DNA from: Balanoglossus misakiensis
Taxonomy: Eukaryota; Animalia; Hemichordata
Length of the DNA stretch: 18,275 bases
Direction: 5' to 3'
Assembly: GCA_040954595.2 (NCBI GenBank)
Contig: CM082591.2
Coordinates: forward strand, 6,720,707 to 6,738,981
Shown here piece by piece: positions 1-9,400 of the stretch (position 1 is its first letter; each line of letters opens with the position of its first letter). The notes beneath the pieces were generated by a model that did no database searches, was not told the origin of the DNA, and worked only from the letters and a program-made list of their open reading frames with translations. The position numbers were made by a program, and so were the translations under genes.

Positions 1-153
1 AATATTTGTACACACGAAATTACAAATGTGCATAATGTAACGATTTAGTGGACTGCCTTCACAACAGACTGGATGATGTCATCAATAATATCACATTGAC
101 TAAAAGTGATGTCAACAAAACTCAAAATGAAATGCTAAGCTTCTCTTTTAGTA

Positions 154-315
154 CAGTCAAACCTGTGTTAGTGGCCACCTCTATATAGTGACCACTTTGA
201 TGATCCCTGTGCAATTAACCTGTACATTAATTGACCTGTCTATAAAGGCACACCTGTCTATAAAGGCCAGTTTTAGGAAAGTCCCTTGACTGGCCACTAT
301 AGACAGGTTTGACTG
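154..315. mobile_element. MITE family A copy 1 (Tc1/mariner-pogo type)
   Basis: TIR CAGTCAAACCTGT...ACAGGTTTGACTG, TA on both flanks; further copies at 5919 and 16328. Confidence 0.88.
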
Positions 316-430
316 TACACTGATCAGGATTCCCATAGAACAGAAAGACCACACATTGAGCTTGTCATGACTGACTCTTTCATTATCTGACTCAGTCTTT
401 CTCTAAATTGCTGGCTTTGTCTCATTGCAG

Positions 431-487
431 TATACACACTATGCAAGCGACAATGATGAAGATGAAATCATCCCTCTCTCTGTCAAG
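431..487 (+). CDS. TTC3: TTC3-like exon (window exon 1), [19 protein letters not shown]
   Basis: ttgcag acceptor, AAG|gtaaga donor, 57 nt, open in the frame of the next exon; low-conservation region. Confidence 0.7.
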
Positions 488-3400
488 GTAAGATATTGAA
501 AGGGATGAAGAAACTGGCTGTTTTGGCTAGCAGTGAGATCCGCTGACCCAAACAGAAAGAATTTTTTTCTGTATTTTTCTCCCATGTGTTTATCAACTCT
601 AGTTTCTTGTTCTACTCTGGATTGGTTTATGAAATGTTCGACCTTTAGCTTCTCAACACGACTGTATGAGAATAACAGTTATTGTACAGGCTAAAACATC
701 AATTCTAAACGTTACATTCTGGATTGACTCTTACTTCTAGAATAAGCTTAGTAGGACGGTAATCATCTGCAGTAAAATCATTGAGGTACAACAAAATAAT
801 TTTAGTACATTGTACAGAAAACAAGTGTTGAACAAAGCTAAGTCTATTCTGAAAAAGCACCCCTTTACAAGGAATTTGAATATACAGCGATCAGGCAATG
901 ATATCAGAGGACCTGGAGCATTCCTACCGTAAGTCTGTGTGTTGTTTTTTATACCCCTAGAATAAAGACCGTCGGGATAAAGAACTTGAAGATTTCAGAA
1001 AGAAAAGAGCCAGACGCTTAGAGAAAGACGGCGCAGTTGGAGAGAGTGACAGAAAAGGTGGAAGGTCAAGAAATAGAGCGCAACCCAAAGAAGATGTTCA
1101 ACAACCACCAAAGGATCCAAACGACATGCCAGAGAAAAAGGTATGTACTGTAAAACACTTTTTTTTCCCCCGAGTCAAAACTTTCGCGATATCGAGAGAG
1201 GCCCCCCCCCCCCCGACTCGCAGCACTTAGGTGTAATCAGTGAAAGTGCGGAGAAAAAAAAAACATTTTCCATATGGAACTTACTACTATTATATCAAGA
1301 TGTCTACATCATTGAAGGTGTTTTATCTGGTCTGTACAAAAATAATGATCATAGTTACATCCCGTAATCAATAACATAGCCATATCTAATGTGAAATAGA
1401 ATGTTCTACAGTGGCCAGATTCTCAAATGCAGTGTGCCCTCTCTAAGCCAATATGACGCACCACTGACTCAACAAACTCACTGGTGACTCAAGAAAATTA
1501 TCCACATTACATGAAAAGGTATAGGACTGACTCAGAGAAATTTCTGGAAATCCTCAAATTGACTCAAAGCTTTTAAAAACTATGTTGTTAGAAGGCACAC
1601 TACTCATATGTGAAAACAAAGTGTTTAAAATGTTGACTTTTTAGAGGTTTAAATTAACTGATTGGTTGTGTCTCTGAAGGGCTGAATGTCTTCTGTCTGT
1701 TTAACAGGAGCTTACAGCGTTAGAGTTTATGAAAAAGCATCTCAGCAGCCTTTCAAGACAAGGCACTGATGAGCTGTTTGAAAATCGACCAAGAGAAGCA
1801 GTGAAGTTCTACAAAGAGGCAGTGGATTTATACAAAAGGTTAAAGGTAGGTCATACACGCTTAGCGATTAGGCCAAAGTAACTAATTTTTAGGGCCCATT
1901 GGTTTATACCATGGGTCCAGGGACCTTATGGCATCGGTTGCGTCTGTCTGTCTATGTATGTATGTATGTATGTATGTATGTATCTATGTAGGTAGGTAGG
2001 TAGGTAGGTGGGTAGGTATGTATGTATGGATGGATGGATGGATGGATGGATGGAGGGATGTATGGATGGATGGATGGATGGATGGATGGGTGTGTGTGTG
2101 TGTGTGTGTAGGTAGGTATGTAGGTAGTTAGGTATGTATGTATGTATGTATGTATGTATGTATGTATACTATGTATGTATGTATGGATGGATGGATGGAT
2201 GTATGTATGTATGTATGTATGTATGTATGTATGTATGTATGTATGGATGGATGGATGGATGGATGGGTGGGTGGGAGGATGGATGTGTGTGTGTGTGTGT
2301 GTAGGTAGGTAGGTATGTAGGTAGTTAGGTATGTATGTATGTATGTATGAGGTGCGTTAACAGTACAATGTTTATTCTAAACTTTGCGTGAAATTTCATC
2401 AACATCTGTACTATGTGTGATTTCTTTTCAGCCTCACGTATATGACGAGTTTGATTTTGTAGTAGCTTTATACGCCTATGGAATCGCTTGCCTTCGGACA
2501 TCACAAACTCAGGTAAGATTTGTCGCCACCGTTTTGCTGTCTTGGGTGTCAGACACCGTGATGATGTGTGAATTATAACCCCTTTCACCCCCAGGTTCCC
2601 TATGTAGAGATCCAAACTTACTGTAGGAAACCATGGGTTTGGACTGAACCATGGTAGTGAAAGGATGAAAGCTTGCACCTGGAAAAGATACTCAGAATCA
2701 GCTTTGATCAATTAAACCCAAGTGAGCTCAATTTGTTTTGCCGACATCATTGCTGTAAAGTTAGTCAGATTGCTTTGAATGTGATTATCATCAAAGATGA
2801 ATGGTTTCACCTTCCATGCTCAGAAAGAAATGCCTGAGTTTGACATGGGTACAGAATGAGATGGTATGACTTTACCTGAGCTTGGTACCCAAAATGTTTC
2901 GTTTTGTAAGGAGTAATCTACTGTAAAACTCCAATTATCCGAACTCCAATTATCCGAATTGTTTGGTTATCCGAACTGCTGTCATGTCCCCCAAACATTA
3001 CTATTGTATACAATTGTTATCCGAATAACCGAACTGTCTGCACAGCCAGAACGCAACACCTTCATTAGCATATTATCGCCTATCCAGATCAGGACCGTTA
3101 CATTTTGAATGGCCGCTCACAGACCGTTTTTTGAGGCATTTTCAACTTGCCGTAACTTTCGCTAGAGTGCATTATTTTAAATCATGTAAAAGCGAAAACC
3201 TCTCCTGACATGTCTTCTTTCGTGCTATCCAAATGGATTTTAGAATTATTTACTGAAATATTGATATTATGGCGATTTTCCGAAGGTTACTTTAGCGGTC
3301 GAAAATATGGTCCAGTTTTTCGCTTCCAGTATCCATAATATGCACCGGAAAGTTTACAGATTTCAGGGTAATGTGGGTTTTTGTACACTTTAAATGACCG

Positions 3401-6400
3401 TGTAAAAAAATTTGGTAAAGATACAAGTGCAACGGTCAGTTCAAGAATTTTCGCTAAAAAACGGGCGATTTTACCCGGAAGTCGTCACATGACCTACGTG
3501 ACCCGAGGTTTCCCGGCCGCTGATGTAAACACTAGTAAATACGCAATTATCCCAGCTGCTGTTTGCAGTCTCTGTTTAACGCGATTGTGGAGTTGAAAGA
3601 ACCGGACTGATTTTTTAGAAACGTTTGTGTTGTCGCTCAATAATGTTTTTCTTTTTGTGAAGCACCACATTCGACGAAATCTGTATTTATTCTTCCAAAA
3701 GCTGTGGTGTGGAGGCATCGCAGGGTTACGCTGCGCCGTAAGCGGACACACAGCCCTGCAATTCATACACGCAGCCGCCAGTGCTAACGTAGTTTAGGCA
3801 GATCTCGATGATCATCGATAATTTTCAAGAATAAAAGGTAGTCTTACTAGCCGATATATAATGAACTCATTTCCAAAGTGTGCATTTATCAACACTACAT
3901 GTACATGTGGGACGTAAACAATATACACACATTCTGCACTGAACGCTCGACAATGGGTTACGCTGTGAACTCCCGCCATTTCCCACTTAAAATGATCTCA
4001 TCACAGCAAAAAGTAAACAAATTAAAACCGTTATAACTTCGTTAATATGCCCCGGAAAGTATACAAACTTCACTGTAAGAAGGGCCAATGTCTATATTTT
4101 ATAAATATGTCATCAGATTTCTACAAAAAGTTGGTGCAACAGTCCGTTCAAGAATTTCGCGAGGCATGTTTCCAAAACGTGAATTTTCATTACTCTGTAC
4201 TTTTCGTTATTTCTCTGCAACTACTGCATTAATCGTCAAAAATACTCCTTGAGATATAGTTCGATATATGTACTATCAAATAAATCCAACAAAAATACTC
4301 AGAACGATCGCCATTAATAGCGGTTGATGACCAAAGTTGGGGAAAAAAATGACCCAATTCAGACACCCTTTTCGGGGCTCAGTGTAACGGTCTCGTTTTT
4401 CGAATCAGATTTCGCATTTGCATATGTTAATGAAGGCGTTGCGTTCTGGCTGTGCATATCCGAACAAAATCAATGTCCCCCCTGTCAGTTCGGATAGTTG
4501 GAGTTTTACTGTATCTAGCTTATCCTTTCATTTTGCGAACGTCATCTCAGATGATGTGTACAGATGCCTATGTGACTGTATGTAGTACAGCCCTGGCGTT
4601 TTTTTTTAGCAAATTTTGGAGCGCCCCCATGTGACAAGAGTTACAAATGCTTGTGTATCCCAACAACTTGAAAGTCCTGTATTGCTGTGGCCCCAGCAGT
4701 AGAGAGTGACATTGAAGCTGCCTTTTTGTATACAAAAATTAGCATCTGGTTCACTTAGTGGACACGACTATACCCCATGGCAACGATACCATGGCAATGA
4801 GGGTGAGTTAGGGTTAGGGTTAGGGGTGGCAATGTGAGGGTGAGTTTAACCCATACCCTAACCCTCCTAACCCTAACCCTAAAAACCATGGTATCGCCCA
4901 TGGGATATAGTCGTGTCCACTAAGTGAACCAGATCCCAAAATTATGTCTTAGAAGAGTACAGTTGGTCATGTACAGTTTGCTCGAAGCATTTGCTATCCA
5001 CCCTTATATTACCCAGAGTTCTGGGAAAGTCCTTGGAAATTGTGGATTTTCCTGATAAGTTCTTGAAAGTCCTGGAAAGGTATCTTTCAGGATGATATTG
5101 ATAAGAATTTTTTGTTTACTTTTTGACATTCTAGGAAATAGAAAATGCACATGAAAAGTTTGACTGCATCATAGTGGACCACCAAAGCATAGTATTTCCT
5201 CTAGCCTACTATGGGAAAGGCAAGACTTTCATCAAACAAAACAGGTAGGAAGGTATATGATTATTAAAATTTGAAAATATGGTCATTTCTTTTAAAGGGA
5301 CAAAGTCTCTCTCTCGTTGCCCTTTTTCCATTAATTATGTTTGATACAAGACAGCGTTTATGTTATTCTACATGTGGATATATAGTGAATCAACATTCGA
5401 TCACAAACAACTTCCGTCCCGCTTGTAGACACAAGAGTGAAAAACTCGCCAAAATGAATAATCAGTCTTTACCATTTATTCATTTTGGGCGAGTTTTTAC
5501 TCTCAAATCCTACTTACAGGATGGAAGTTGTGTGTGGTCGAGCATTGATTCACTATATATCCACATGTAGAATAATATAAGTGGTGTCTTGTATCAAACA
5601 TAATCAATGGAAAAAATGCAGCGAGAGAGAGACTTTGTGCCTTTAATTGTTGATTTTTTATTCTCCATTGTCAGTGTAATTAGGGTCTGTAATAAAATTG
5701 GGGTGGCCATATCTACAAATCTATGCATGTCTACTGCAGAAACTTGAGAACATGATGTAAAAAATATTAATTGTTAGACATCAGTGGGCTGTTGTTGCCA
5801 CTACTAAAATAATGTAGACAAATGATCTGAAAAAAATGCAAACAATGGTAACTAACATAACAATGCATAAAACCCCAAAACTACCAGTCAGATTGATGTT
5901 AAAATTAGTTTGCCTATACAGTCAAACCCTTGTTAGTGGCCACCCCTAAGTAGCGGTCACCTCTCTATAGTGGCCACTTTGTTACAGTCCCTGTGCAATT
6001 CACATGTGTGTTAATTAAAGGGACAAAGTCTCTCTCTCGCTGCCCTTTTTTCCATTAATTATATTTGATACAAGACACTGTTTGTTTTTCTACATGTGGA
6101 TATATAGCTAATGAACGTTCAACCACACACAACTTCCATCCCACTTACGGACACGAGAGTGAAAAACTCGCCAAAATGAATAATTGTTCTTTACCATTTA
6201 TTCATTTTGGGCGAGTTTTTCCTCTCATATCATACAAGTGGGATGGAAGTTTTGTGTGGTTGATCATTGATTCACTATATATCCACATTTACATTAACAT
6301 AAATGGTGTCTTGTATCAAACATAATTAATGGAAAAAGGCCAGCGAGAGAGAGACTTTGTCCCTTTAATTAACATCTATATAAAGGTCACCTCTATAAAG

Positions 6401-9400
6401 GCCCTTGACTGGCCACTATAGAGAGGTTTGACTGTATCTTAAAAGGTAGACCTATGCAGAGTTGTTTATTAAATTGTGTTACAGCTGGTTGCTTTTCTTG
6501 TTATCTTGATCACGTTCCAAAACTGATTCTTGTTTTTTATTTCTTTTGAAAAAATCATATATAACTGAACATTTTATGGTTGGTTATAGATATGCAGAGG
6601 CTGTAGATCCTCTGAGGAAAGGTTTACTCATCCTTTATCGCCATGCCCACCACGGTCTTTGTCATTGGCCAGGTAATACACGAGTCATGGAAGAAAGTGA
6701 CAGCCACAAAATGAAGGTTGGTCAAGTAACTCATGTTATCCCAGTTCATACTTTGATACATTTGATACAATTTTTCGTCCATCTATCATTGTTTTCTTTA
6801 AAGGGACATCAGCTGTAACTTTTGACAGTTTTTTAATGTCTCCTGTTTTGTATGGAGCCCATACTTGTGAACAATATGGTGTGAATTGTTGTGGGTTGTT
6901 GTTATTATACTATATCAAATTCATTTACTTATTTTCTAGACATTAAAAGTAATAAAAATGGCCCACATTCAAAGAACAGTGTTTCCTCGTAACAGTGGTT
7001 AAATTAAGTGGGCCCCAGAACAAGCATTTTAATCCTCCAACACTCCAACTATGGAGACAATCAGAACAATAAGTTGCATGTGACAGAAATGTTTTTCTTG
7101 ATATCTAAATCCTGCTTTCCCTGTTGTTTATTTACGCATTCAACTTGTATCTTTATATCCTGGGGCAAATATAACAGTGCTTTATGCTCTCTTTAAAGGG
7201 ACCAAGTCTCTCTCTCGCTGCCCCTTTTCCATTATGTTTGATACAAGACACTGTTTATGTTAATGTACATGTGGATATGTAGTGAATCAATGTTCAACCA
7301 CACACACCTTCCATCCCACTTGTAGACACGAGAGTTAAAAACTTTTATTCATTTTGGTGAGTTTTTTCACTCTCATATCCTACAAACGGGATGGAATTTG
7401 TGTGTGGTCCAATGTTGATTCACGATATATCCACATGCAGAATAATATAAATGATGTCTTGTATCAAACATAATTAATGGAAAATGGGCAGCAAGAGAGA
7501 GACTTTGTCCCTTTAACCGTGGCTTGCATAAAATAAAACATGCTCTCAACCAATCACAACGATGTATTAGTGGCCATGTTGCACTGATTATAATATGAGG
7601 TTATTACGAAAATACCGCAAAGTATGCACGAGGACATTAGCACCCTAGTATCGCCCGATGCGCAGCGGAGGACGATGCGCTGCGCTAATGTCCGAGTGCA
7701 TCCTTTGCGGTATTTTCGTAATAACCTTATTATTATACATCTTACATCTCCGTTAGTTCTTGTGGTGCATGTTACTTGGCTTTCAAAACGCCCAAAATGC
7801 CGATACAATCGATCGATCGAAAACCGCTCAGTTGACTCAGTGAGCAGCCATCTTTCTTTTTTGTTTATGTGTGCGCACGTGCGTTGGAGTGCAGTCAGGA
7901 CGTAAGTGGGGTAATTAAACAGCAGGGGATCATGCAATGCAAACACTTGAACTGGCCAGTAACGTTTGAATTGCTCATTTGCATACAGTTTTTCAACTTT
8001 TTTCACAACGAAAGTTAAGCAACTTGCAACCCATTTCTGACAATTATTTCACCCCAGGCACATTACTGGTACTATGAGTGTACTACATGTGATTTTTCAT
8101 GAAGTTTTATCGAGAAGAATTTCTTTACTTCCACTGACAAAATTGTGATCACGAAATTCAAAGTGACCTTGAAGTTAAAAAATCAAAAACAAAAATATCA
8201 GCCATACCCACACAAAAATTAACCCCCTCAGGTTTTAGAAACATTATTAAACTCCTCTATTCATAATTTTGACATGAATATATCCATGCCAAGAGTCAAG
8301 GACCACAATTTACAGTGCCATAGGCCAGTCCTGAGAAGTCAGTCAGCGTGAATAGTGTATAGACTCCGTATGTAATATGCTAATGAGAGATAACGACGCG
8401 TTGAAAAGGAAGCCATTACGTCATGGGTTAACATGCGTTGACCTACTTCAATGCATACACATATGGCAAACACGGCTGTACTCGTCGATGGCGAAGGCAA
8501 TTTTTACACCGTCATTACTCCACAACGGAGCGGCTCACAACATTATAATTTCACGGTAACTTAGTTCAATATCTTCCTAACCTACCCAATTTTTTTCAAG
8601 ACAAGAAATCTTTGCCGAGAGTCAAGGACCACAATTTAAACCAACATACCGAAACTGTTTATCTCGGGAACGCGTCGTTAAAACTTCACGAAAAATCATC
8701 CTATCATTGACTATGGTGTTTCATACACGTCTTAGAAAAATGGATGCACTACGATCACTTGTAGTACCGAAAATCTCCGTTTGAAAATTTTTCGAACTGG
8801 CCGTAACTGCCACTCGGCGACGTTCACATTCAAATAGATCTCTTTGATCTCACCGCCGTAATTACCCCACTTACGTCCTGACTGAGTGGGGGTGTCTTGA
8901 AACCGTCCGCATAACAACGCATACCTGTACACGGTGAGTTGGGGCGCCTTGAAACTTAAGGCTTATTTAACACGCGTTCCGTACGTACCGTTCCGTACGG
9001 CTTTTTATTGCACGCCAAAATCTATTGTTCTCGGCACTAGATGTATAATAATTTATGGTATGTAACATAAGAGTTTTCATAACTGTTTGGTTTCTCGGCA
9101 TGAAACAATGTTTGTTTGTAATTTGCAGGAGGTGTTTGAAATCTGCCTGAACATATGCAAGTCTCCACCAACCCCCGACGCCCTGTGTCGTTCCAAAGAC
9201 TGCTCTGGCTACTACAAAGTACAAATCTATTTTTCCGATCCGGATTTCAAAGGTTTTATTCGCACCGTGTGTCATGAGGCATGCACAGTCGAGTTCCATC
9301 CCAACTGCTGGAAGAAAATCAAACAGGAAAATACGGAAATAATACATGATAAGGTGAGTACATCGAAGGAGAATTTTTCAATGTGTAGGTCAGAGAAAAA

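Noticed and set aside
888-928. Possible extra mini-exon (tatacag ... ACC|gtaagt)
   Set aside because: 41 nt would shift the frame and leave only a 32-nt intron before exon 2
3041-4454. CACAGCC...GGCTGTG ends suggesting a RAG-like/Transib (RSS heptamer-like) transposon
   Set aside because: No 5-bp TSD at those boundaries (gtctg vs catat); the leading CA is better explained as part of a TGCA TSD around CAG...CTG termini
4800-4885. Possible telomere-telomere fusion scar
   Set aside because: Only a few repeats, enclosed by long TIRs with a probable TSD, inside an intron of an intact gene
5271-6325. Two similar ORFs (99 aa and 86 aa) resembling a duplicated small gene
   Set aside because: Both lie in copies of palindromic MITE family B; non-ATG starts and no known domain
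7554-8006. 150-aa and 93-aa ORFs as a possible transposase or recombinase
   Set aside because: They lie across the palindrome (the longer one also crosses the nested-insertion junction) and show no DDE or tyrosine-recombinase motifs
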